Assembly: GCA_964473505.1 (NCBI GenBank)
Contig: CAYYPG010000001.1
Coordinates: 1 to 56,555 of the forward strand
DNA: 56,555 nucleotides
Origin: an uncultured bacterium
GTDB lineage: Bacteria; Hydrothermota; Tepidihabitantia; Tepidihabitantales; CAIPLT01
Direction of reading: 5' to 3'
The notes below the pieces were generated by a model, which made no database searches, was not told the origin of the DNA, and saw only the letters and a list, made by a program, of their open reading frames with translations. Shown here piece after piece: positions 49,042 to 56,555 of this stretch (its first letter is position 1; each line of letters begins with the position of its first letter). A program made the position numbers and the translations under genes.

Positions 49042-52000
49042 TCATAGGCTTTTACCACAGCACTTTTTATATTTTTGGCCTGAACCACAGGGACATGGTT
49101 CATTTCTACCAATTTTTACGGATCGTACAGTGGTAGTTTGGACTTTTGGTCTTGGAGAAGTTTCGATACTTTCCGATGGTGATGTTGCGGTTGAACCGTA
49201 TGATGAAGAATTTTCGGTGCCGACCGCGGTTATCACTGTTGGTTTATAAGCCCTAATTGTTTGAGGCCGGCTTCGACTTTCAGCCGTTTGGACTTGAGCC
49301 CGAAACAGTAAACTAACCGCCTCTTTATTAAAGTCTGCTATCATTTGATTAAACAACTGAAATGATTCTTGTTTATATTCAATAAGCGGGTCTTTCTGGC
49401 CATAGGCAACCAAGCCAATGCCTTCGCGTAACAGATCCAAGTCATAAAGATGATCTCGCCATTTATGGTCAATTATACGCAAAAAAACCGCTTTGACAAG
49501 TTCAGAAAACAACTCTTTACCCAATTCCGCTTCCCGTTGATAGTAACGGTCAATTGCAATCTTTTTTAGTGAATCCGATAGAACTTGGGCTTTCATTAAA
49601 GGAATTTCTTTTTCGGCAATAGTAAAATCTGCAAGAAAGATTATTCCAAATTCACCCTTAATTGATTCCCAGTCCCAGTTTTCCGGATATTTATCCGTTG
49701 CATATTTCTCAATTAATCGACCAATGACATCTTCGGCGGCTGTGCGATAAATCTCAAAAAGATTTTCACCTTTCAAAATTTGGTCACGCAAATGATAAAT
49801 CACTTCTCTTTGACGATTCATTACATCATCATACTCTAAAAGATGCTTTCTGATTTCAAAGTTTCGGGCTTCAACCCGTTTTTGAGCATTTTCTATTGCT
49901 CGACTCACTAAAGGATGTTGAATTGGTTCCATTTCTTTAACTCCTAATCGGTCCATAATGCTCGCCAAGCGGTCAGAGCCAAACAGACGCATCAAATCAT
50001 CTTCTAAAGATAAAAAGAATCGGGTTGAACCGGGATCACCTTGTCGACCAGCACGTCCTCGTAACTGATTGTCAATTCTTCGGGCTTCATGACGTTCAGT
50101 ACCAATAATATAAAGACCACAGGGTACTTCATCGAGACACGAACCTTTTTCTTCGTAAATTTTACAAGAACCACCCGTATGTTTTGTAATATAACAACCC
50201 TCACCTTTGACCACCCCGTTACCAAGTTTAATGTCGGTTCCTCGGCCAGCCATATTGGTCGCAATGGTTACCGCCCCTGGTTGACCGGCAAGGGAGACAA
50301 TTTCTGCCTCTTTTTGATGGTATTTGGCATTTAAGACTTGGTGATTAATACCGCGGCGTCGCAACATTCGTGAGAGAGTTTCAGAAGCTTCTACTGAAGT
50401 CGTACCGACTAAAATCGGTCGTCCTTCGCGATGCCATTTTTCAATTTCGTTCAAAACCGCATTATATTTTTCTCGCCGGGTCTTATAAATTACATCCGGG
50501 TAATCAATTCTGCGCACTGGTTCATTAGTCGGAATTTCAATCACATCTAATTTATAAGTTGACCAGAACTCGCTGGCTTGGGTTACGGCGGTTCCAGTCA
50601 TGCCAGCGAGTTTTTCATACATCCGGAAATAATTCTGGATGGTAATTGTGGCTAAAGTTTGTGTCTCTTCTTGAACCCGGACGTTCTCTTTGGCTTCTAA
50701 GGCTTGATGCAAGCCATCGGAAAATCTTCGACCAGGCATTAACCGACCAGTAAATTCATCGACGATAATGACTTTATTATCTTGAACTATATAATCAACA
50801 TCGCGTTCAAATAGGGTATATGCTTTGAGTAAGGCCTGAAAATTATGCAGAATTTCACTCTTTTTGGCATACCGTTCATACGCCTTTTCTTTTTCATAAA
50901 TTCGTTCTTTAGGGGTGAGTTTTTCGTCATGATCAATTTTTGATATTTCTCCAGATAAATCAGGTAAAGTAAAAAAGTCCGGGTCATTAGGTACAAGGAA
51001 AGTTCGGCCCTTTTCTGTGACATCAATTGTATGATTTTTCTCATCAACCACAAAGAGTAATTCAGCGTCAAGTTCATGCATCTTTTTGTCACGAATAAAA
51101 TTCAATTCGACTTTTTCAATTAACTTCTTGACTCCTTCTTCTTGTTCCACTTTCATCAAGCGTTTATTTTTCGGTGAACCCCGACGTGCCTGCAGAAACT
51201 TTATCCCGGCTTCATAAGTTTTACCTTCGGCTAATAGTTTTTCACCTTCTTCGACCAACCGATTGACTAAAATCGTTTGTGCTTGATAGGCTCGTTTGAC
51301 TAACGGCGTAAGCGTATCAAAACCTTTATCAGCAGCTTCAACCGGCCCAGAAATGATTAACGGTGTGCGGGCTTCATCAATTAAAATTGAATCGACTTCG
51401 TCGACAATGGCATAGTAATGTCCGCGTTGCACTTTATCTTCCCATCGTATCACCATATTATCGCGGAGATAATCAAAGCCGAATTCATTATTGGTACCGT
51501 AAGTAATATCGGCATTATAATGGGACTTTCTTTCAGCTGGTTCCATACCTTGTTGAATACAACCTACTGTTAGTCCTAAGGTTTCATAAATTGGTCCCAT
51601 CCATTCTCGGTCACGACGTGCCAGATAATCATTAACGGTAACCAAATGGACGCCACGTTTAGTTAAGGCGTTAAGATATAAAGGCATGGTTGCGACTAAA
51701 GTTTTACCTTCACCGGTTTTCATTTCTGCGATCTTACCTTCGTGAAGGACAATAGCACCGATTAACTGAACATCAAAGGGAACCATATTCCAGGTGGTTT
51801 CAATTCCGCAAACCAGCCATTTCTTTCCACAGAGTCGCCGGCAAGTTTCTTTAACCAAAGCAAAGGCTTCAGGAAGAATTTCGTCTAAACTTTCTTTATC
51901 TTTTATGCGGCTTATGAAATCCTCAGTTTTTTTAGGCAACTCTGAAATTGGTATGTCTTTTAACTTTTCCCAAATCTCATTAATCTCGTCGACTTTTAAC

Positions 52001-52065
52001 CAAAGCCGTTTTAACTCCCGGGCATTTTTCGTACCCAAGATTTTACCGAGAATTTTTGTCAACAT
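49042..52065 (-). CDS. secA: Preprotein translocase ATPase SecA
   Basis: [51 protein letters not shown] and the C-terminal zinc motif [14 protein letters not shown]. The start is set at [11 protein letters not shown] (ATG 52065), the conserved SecA N-terminus. Confidence 0.93.
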   Translation of the reverse strand: MLTKILGKILGTKNARELKRLWLKVDEINEIWEKLKDIPISELPKKTEDFISRIKDKESLDEILPEAFALVKETCRRLCGKKWLVCGIETTWNMVPFDVQLIGAIVLHEGKIAEMKTGEGKTLVATMPLYLNALTKRGVHLVTVNDYLARRDREWMGPIYETLGLTVGCIQQGMEPAERKSHYNADITYGTNNEFGFDYLRDNMVIRWEDKVQRGHYYAIVDEVDSILIDEARTPLIISGPVEAADKGFDTLTPLVKRAYQAQTILVNRLVEEGEKLLAEGKTYEAGIKFLQARRGSPKNKRLMKVEQEEGVKKLIEKVELNFIRDKKMHELDAELLFVVDEKNHTIDVTEKGRTFLVPNDPDFFTLPDLSGEISKIDHDEKLTPKERIYEKEKAYERYAKKSEILHNFQALLKAYTLFERDVDYIVQDNKVIIVDEFTGRLMPGRRFSDGLHQALEAKENVRVQEETQTLATITIQNYFRMYEKLAGMTGTAVTQASEFWSTYKLDVIEIPTNEPVRRIDYPDVIYKTRREKYNAVLNEIEKWHREGRPILVGTTSVEASETLSRMLRRRGINHQVLNAKYHQKEAEIVSLAGQPGAVTIATNMAGRGTDIKLGNGVVKGEGCYITKHTGGSCKIYEEKGSCLDEVPCGLYIIGTERHEARRIDNQLRGRAGRQGDPGSTRFFLSLEDDLMRLFGSDRLASIMDRLGVKEMEPIQHPLVSRAIENAQKRVEARNFEIRKHLLEYDDVMNRQREVIYHLRDQILKGENLFEIYRTAAEDVIGRLIEKYATDKYPENWDWESIKGEFGIIFLADFTIAEKEIPLMKAQVLSDSLKKIAIDRYYQREAELGKELFSELVKAVFLRIIDHKWRDHLYDLDLLREGIGLVAYGQKDPLIEYKQESFQLFNQMIADFNKEAVSLLFRAQVQTAESRSRPQTIRAYKPTVITAVGTENSSSYGSTATSPSESIETSPRPKVQTTTVRSVKIGRNEPCPCGSGQKYKKCCGKSL

Positions 52066-52072
52066 ATATATA

Positions 52073-52101
52073 ATACTAATACCTGTTAATGATTGTGTCA
52101 A
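52073..52101 (-). promoter_or_regulatory. Promoter TTGACA-N17-TAGTAT placed 7 nt upstream of the secA ATG (leaderless configuration)
   Basis: The reverse complement reads TTGACAcaatcattaacaggtatTAGTATtatatatATG. There is no SD. Confidence 0.5.
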
Positions 52102-52149
52102 GATTATATTGAAAAGAACGCTTGGCTGACAACAGCACATAGTAGCTAG

Positions 52150-53167
52150 AATTTAATATCTCGTCAAATATAAGTAATTATTAAGTAATTATCATGAAGA
52201 GATCGGTAAAAAAATCCCTAATTACACAAAATATCATGCTGGCTTGAAGTACTTTGAAGTGAAATCAACTTTTTTCCGCATCTGATAGAATACTTCGCAA
52301 ACTCAATATTATCTCAAGAGGTGTGCAGTTCTGCAATTTGCAAATAAATTTCGTGGTTTTTCTTTTGAGTCTCCTGCTTTTTTGAACGTGTTTTTTGGGG
52401 GTTTCTAATAAAATCAAGAAAAGTGAGACTTTGTATCAAGTTCAGGGTACCAAAAGCCGACTTTTACCGCACTTTCATAAATAATAACTTAGATCCATGT
52501 GCCACATTTAACATTGAATGATGGATCCTACATAATACGAGATTATGATTTTTGAATTTTTAAACCTTTGCCCATTTCTATTTTGTTTACTAAAAAGAGC
52601 CAACTATTCCGTCTTAATAAAAGTAAATGATAATCATGGACCCAATAATCCTGTCCATTATTTTTTAATTACTTTCCAAAAGTGCTTGGATATTGTCTTT
52701 TGTGAGAAAAGTAATTCTGTTCCTGAATTGTAGACACCATAATTCTAGCCATTATTTCCTGATTGATTTTCTCCCCTTCTCTTTTACTAATTCTGTCAAC
52801 TGTCTACAGATTGATAATTATATTTGTGTCAAAACCGACTCTCAAAGTAATTTCCCAATTTACTCTGACCCTAATTCTAAAATCGACTTTCTTACCTATT
52901 TTTCAAGCAACCCAGAGGGCTGTGGAGGGAACTGTACCCTCTTTTTAGAGGAAAATGCGGTATCTTTAAGTAAAACAATAAGTTACCTGAAAATCTGCCT
53001 TATCTAAAACATTAGTTATAACTAATATTTTTTGTGTTTGTTTTACTTACGAGATGTAAAATTTTAGAAAAATTTAGTGCACTGTGCGGTCTTTGGCAAA
53101 AAGAAGTTTGGGCTCAGAGTTTAATTAGTTAATTAGAATCTGGGTTAATTAAAAAGTGAGTTCAGTA
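52150..53167 (-). mobile_element. Degenerate, internally deleted IS copy (relic transposase plus transposase-upstream end)
   Basis: 52932-53120 is homologous to 38-225. Minus-strand translations give HTH-like ...EIMARIMVSTIQE..., rve-like ...DYWVHDYHLLLLRRNSWLFLV... and a C-terminus-like ...FICKLQNCTPLEIIL..., in broken frames. Confidence 0.4.
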
Positions 53168-53271
53168 AACGTCTATTAAGAGGCAGAATGGCATACTAAT
53201 TCGGTTTCGGTATTTAATGGAAGATACGGACAGAGTTAACATTAGTTTTAAAAAAACAAAAAGTGCCAAGC

Positions 53272-53475
53272 GCAATTTTGGTGCTGTGCCAGACATTGTA
53301 TACACTCCTAGGACCTATTTATACGCTTACTTTATCTAACATTATCAGAACAACATATCGGATTTTTATCATTAAATCTTTGGCATCTGCTTTTTAAGAT
53401 ACTCAAACGGTGTTTCGTAGTCATTTCTGGAATGTTCTTTTGGATTGTTATAATAATCGGAACCATTTTTTCTTT
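53272..53475 (-). mobile_element. IS left-end relic with the last ~30 codons of an rve/DDE-type transposase
   Basis: The terminal GGTGCTGTGCCAGACATTGTATAC matches 56501-56524. The minus strand encodes ...DYYNNPKEHSRNDYETPFEYLKKQMPKI*, the YYNxxRxH...TPxE tail typical of integrase-fold transposases. Confidence 0.6.
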
Positions 53476-53647
53476 ACTATTTATATTTTATATTGATATT
53501 GATAAGAATATATTTTACATATTGCCCCATATTCTTAAAATTAACCTTTGCTAATTGAAAAACCTATTTTCCATAACCCTTATAATTAAATTTCATAAAC
53601 TGTATAGTATGTTTTGGACACATTGTAAAATTTAATGCAATGCGAGG

Positions 53648-53675
53648 TTGACAAAATTATTTTTGCTTTTATACT
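53648..53675 (+). promoter_or_regulatory. Promoter TTGACA-N16-TATACT placed 6 nt upstream of the accD ATG (leaderless configuration)
   Basis: TTGACA at 53648-53653, TATACT at 53670-53675 and ATG at 53682. There is no SD. Confidence 0.5.
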
Positions 53676-53681
53676 TTGTTT

Positions 53682-54542
53682 ATGCCAATATTAAATAGCC
53701 AGCCCAATAACCCCAAGGACACAAAGCCAATGGAAGTGCCTAATGGACTTTGGCTTCGTTGCGAAGGTTGTAATGAAATTTTATACCGAAAAAGTTTAGA
53801 GAAAAACCTTTACATCTGTTCCAAATGCGGATTCCATTTTCGGATTAGTACTAAAACATATATTGAAATTTTATTAGACCCTAACACTTTTGAAGAATTT
53901 GATGCTAATCTTTTACCCGCGGATCCATTAAATTTTCCTAAATATCCAGAAAAACTTGCCGAAGCCCAAAAAAAGACCGGTATGAAGGAAGGATTTGTTT
54001 ACGGTCGCGGATTATTGAATAACCAACCGCTTATTTTAGGATTAATGGACTTTAATTTTATTGGTGGTAGCATGGGCTCAGTTGTTGGCGAAAAAGTTGC
54101 TCGGGCAATCAGGAAAGCACGTGCCGAACGAATTCCCTTGGTTATTATTGCTACCTCGGGTGGTGCTCGGATGCAAGAGGGTGTTTTATCTTTAATGCAA
54201 TTAGCAAAAACTTCTGCCGAATTAGCTTTATTATCCGAGGCACGTATACCATTTATCTCAATAGTTACCAATCCAACAATGGCAGGAGTTATGGCTTCTT
54301 ATGCCTCGTTAGGCGATATTATTATTGCTGAACCTAAAGCATTATTAGGTTTTGCCGGTGCCCGAGTCATTGAAGGAACTATTGGCGAAAAATTACCCGA
54401 AGGATTTCAAACTGCGGAATTCTTACTTAAACACGGATTCATTGATATTGTAGTCAGTCGAAAAGATTTACGCTCAACTTTAGCAAAAATCCTGGATATT
54501 TTAAAACCAAAACAAGAATTATGTAGTCGGAACACCTTTTAA
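53682..54542 (+). CDS. accD: Acetyl-CoA carboxylase carboxyltransferase beta subunit
   Basis: An N-terminal zinc ribbon CEGCNEILYRKSLEKNLYICSKCGFH, plus FIGGSMGSVVGEK and SGGARMQEG. The ATG at 53682 is preferred over the TTG at 53676. Confidence 0.9.
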   Translation: MPILNSQPNNPKDTKPMEVPNGLWLRCEGCNEILYRKSLEKNLYICSKCGFHFRISTKTYIEILLDPNTFEEFDANLLPADPLNFPKYPEKLAEAQKKTGMKEGFVYGRGLLNNQPLILGLMDFNFIGGSMGSVVGEKVARAIRKARAERIPLVIIATSGGARMQEGVLSLMQLAKTSAELALLSEARIPFISIVTNPTMAGVMASYASLGDIIIAEPKALLGFAGARVIEGTIGEKLPEGFQTAEFLLKHGFIDIVVSRKDLRSTLAKILDILKPKQELCSRNTF

Positions 54543-54594
54543 CCATAAAAATCTTCAGACATATAACGAAGAAAATGCGTCAAGCCTCTACAAT

Positions 54595-54835
54595 CAATAT
54601 ATATTTTAAAACCAAAACCAGAATTATAACTTGCATAGACATCAGAAATACTATTGGCGGCAGCAAGATATTTAAAAACCAAAACAAAAACTATAACCCG
54701 ATGGTTAATCTACCTAATGTGACCTTAGAAACAACTTTGTGCTATTTCACTCATTTACCATTTATCTCAGTTGTTACCAATCCAACAATAATAAGACTTA
54801 TAGCCTCTTATCCTCTGCATTCTGCAGGTGTTTTA
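54595..54835 (+). pseudogene. Degenerate duplicated fragments of accD (two copies of the 3' terminus plus one internal segment)
   Basis: TTTTAAAACCAAAACAAGAATTATG (54503) recurs at 54604 and 54671. Positions 54756-54835 align with accD 54247-54326, giving LPFISVVTNPTI against IPFISIVTNPTM. Confidence 0.7.
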
Positions 54836-54890
54836 TTGTGACCATATGATTAGTAATCTTCAAACATTCAAAGCGGAATTTCAATCGTCT

Positions 54891-55005
54891 TCACCATATC
54901 ACATCTTTAATGTGCCTTGTCTAATGAGCAATTTAAAAACTCAAAAAAGCCAGAAGCGGCTGTCTAGATTTCAGCTTTGATATCTTTAATGTGCCTTATC
55001 TGATG
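54891..55005 (+). repeat. Direct repeat ATCTTTAATGTGCCTTRTCTRATGAGCAATTT, 2 copies 81 bp apart
   Basis: Read directly at 54891-54925 and 54972-55005. Confidence 0.75.
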
Positions 55006-55057
55006 AGCAATTTTTAGACATTAAAAAGGAAAAAGAATGGTCTAAATTAATTTTAAA

Positions 55058-56170
55058 ATGAGTCGAGTCTATTTAGAAAATATTACCAAAGTATTTGATA
55101 ATAAAATTATTGCGGTGGATAATTTAACTTTAGAAATCCAATGCGGCGAGTTTTTTGTTTTAGTTGGTCCTTCTGGTTGTGGCAAATCTACGGTCTTAAG
55201 AATTGTTGCCGGATTAGAAGAGCCAACTCGAGGTAAAGTTTACATTGGCGATAGAGTGGTGAATGATGTTGCACCCAAAGACCGCAATGTCGCCATGGTC
55301 TTTCAAAATTATGCTCTTTATCCTCATATGAGTGCTTTTGATAATATGGCATTTGGTCTGAAATTAAGAAAAGTCCCTAAATCCGAAATTAAGCAAAGAA
55401 TTCTTGAAGCGGCTAAAATCCTAAATATTGAACATCTTCTTGAGCGAAAACCCAAAGCCCTTTCTGGTGGCGAACGCCAAAGAGTTGCCGTAGGCCGAGC
55501 AATTGTTCGCAATCCCTCGGTTTTCCTTTTTGATGAACCCCTGTCTAATATTGATGCTAAACTACGCGTCCAAATGCGGGCAGAACTATCCCAACTCCAC
55601 CAAAGATTAAAAACTACTACGCTCTATGTTACTCATGACCAAGTTGAAGCCATGACTTTAGGCGAACGTATCGGTGTAATGAAACAAGGAAAACTCCTAC
55701 AAGTAGACAAGGCAATTACATTATATAATGAACCCGTAAACAAATTTGTCGCAGGTTTTATTGGCAGTCCGCCGATTAATTTTATTGACGGTAGCATCAA
55801 AATCGAAAACGAACAAGCACCGTTCGGAAAAGCGATAAAATTTGAGAGTGCGGTATTAAATATTCCTCTTTCTTTAAGTTATTATCCCCGACTCCAAAAT
55901 CTGACGGCAAGAGAAGTAACTTTAGGCATTCGGCCAGAAGACATTTACTTTAGAAACCCCGAAGGCCGAAACCTGCCATCATTTAATGCGAAAATAGAAG
56001 TTGTCGAACCTATGGGTAATGAAACCATTGTTTATTTAAAAATCTATGACCGTTTAATCACTGCAAGATTTCATAGTCAATTCTTAAGAAAAATTGGCGA
56101 AACCACAACTTGCTACATTGATACGGAAAAAGTACATCTTTTCGATAAAAATTCAGAACTTAGAATTTAA
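55058..56170 (+). CDS. ABC transporter ATP-binding protein, MalK/UgpC/MsmK-like (sugar-type) with C-terminal regulatory domain
   Basis: Walker [44 protein letters not shown] and FVAGFIGSPPINF. No cognate permease genes lie in the window. Confidence 0.85.
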   Translation: MSRVYLENITKVFDNKIIAVDNLTLEIQCGEFFVLVGPSGCGKSTVLRIVAGLEEPTRGKVYIGDRVVNDVAPKDRNVAMVFQNYALYPHMSAFDNMAFGLKLRKVPKSEIKQRILEAAKILNIEHLLERKPKALSGGERQRVAVGRAIVRNPSVFLFDEPLSNIDAKLRVQMRAELSQLHQRLKTTTLYVTHDQVEAMTLGERIGVMKQGKLLQVDKAITLYNEPVNKFVAGFIGSPPINFIDGSIKIENEQAPFGKAIKFESAVLNIPLSLSYYPRLQNLTAREVTLGIRPEDIYFRNPEGRNLPSFNAKIEVVEPMGNETIVYLKIYDRLITARFHSQFLRKIGETTTCYIDTEKVHLFDKNSELRI

Positions 56171-56306
56171 TTTCCTAATTTTCCGACAGAAAATACTCTT
56201 GGTTGAAAACTTTTGGATAATTGAAACAAAGACAAACGCTAATTTACTTGAGCCGACCATTTAACACATACTCAAGATACCCTACCCAATAATAAGGTAG
56301 CGTCAA

Positions 56307-56468
56307 AATTTTTGTGTAAATCGGTTTTTATTCCAAAGCTATGTTCTTCTTTATGATATTAAATTAGTTAGTATGTAAAAACATTAAATAAAAACATTAA
56401 AGAGAATTCGCCTTTCTCTTTTTAATATATCAATACTAAATTTATACAAAATTTATACAAAATATTAT
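56307..56468 (-). mobile_element. MITE-B copy (reverse orientation)
   Basis: The reverse complement reads ...AGAGAAAGGCGAATTCTCT...AAGAAGAACATAGCTTTGGAATAAAAACCGATTTACACAAAAATT. The other end is AATTTATACAAAAT(A/T)T, duplicated. Confidence 0.5.
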
Positions 56469-56491
56469 ACACTACCAATAATAAATTAAAT

Positions 56492-56555
56492 TAAAATTGA
56501 GGTGCTGTGCCAAGACATTGTATCTCTTCCAAGGACCTAATTCTACGGCTACTTT
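56492..56555 (-). mobile_element. Left end of an IS copy running off the window end
   Basis: GGTGCTGTGCCAAGACATTGTATCTCTTCCAAGGACCTAATTCTACGGCTACTTT aligns with 53280-53333. Confidence 0.6.

Noticed and set aside
52066-52140. N-terminal 25 codons (MCCCQPSVLF...) of the secA ORF.
   Set aside because: They are not SecA-like. The conserved N-terminus [11 protein letters not shown] starts at 52065, and a promoter lies inside the extension.
54575-54841. An 88-aa ORF downstream of accD.
   Set aside because: It is composed of decayed accD fragments (LPFISVVTNPTI matching accD IPFISIVTNPTM). It has no SD and is treated as a relic.

Overview
This is an AT-rich bacterial chromosomal window of 56.5 kb. 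It starts inside one end of an IS family and stops inside the other end of the same family, so it is probably a complete metagenomic contig broken at IS repeats.

Gene content is housekeeping and anaerobic metabolism:
- a porin-pstSCAB-phoU phosphate uptake operon
- an M14 carboxypeptidase and an S8 subtilase, both with T9SS-type C-terminal sorting domains, which hints at an FCB-superphylum-like organism (inference only)
- a 2-oxoacid:ferredoxin oxidoreductase operon, porG-(gltD-like::porD fusion)-porA-porB
- fabH
- a badly degraded M3 oligoendopeptidase pseudogene
- a glycan/EPS cluster with three glycosyltransferases, a NodB-type deacetylase, a Wzx-like flippase and an HDAC-family deacetylase
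- rnhA, a DUF164-type zinc-ribbon protein, tRNA-Val(GAC) and dut
- a TIM-barrel isomerase, an Nfu-like protein and a PP-loop ATPase
- two acyl-CoA dehydrogenases plus a two-subunit CoA-transferase
- a second porin O/P-like gene, tRNA-Ile(GAT), sppA, secA, accD and a MalK-like ABC ATPase

I found no recognisable defence, toxin, CRISPR or secretion-system operon. The unusual content lies in the non-coding DNA:
1. A family of three elements carries 12-bp-phased GGNTAYCC repeats, which also read as x-Y-P-x tetrapeptide repeats. Two copies form a hairpin-capped inverted pair inside a 1.9-kb gene-free region.
2. Two MITE-like families are present. One occurs as inverted pairs bracketing small gene cassettes. 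The other is inserted inside the pst operon and upstream of tRNA-Ile.
3. Segmental duplications of about 100-115 bp recur at gene termini (porG 3' end, accD 3' end, pepF 5' end). Two diverged patches of a glycosyltransferase gene are also spliced into the pepF pseudogene.
4. TATCCGGATA-type long hairpins sit just upstream of two Shine-Dalgarno sites.
5. Consensus sigma70 promoters are placed so that secA and accD would be leaderless.

All functional calls come from motifs read by eye in the translations. No database search was run.
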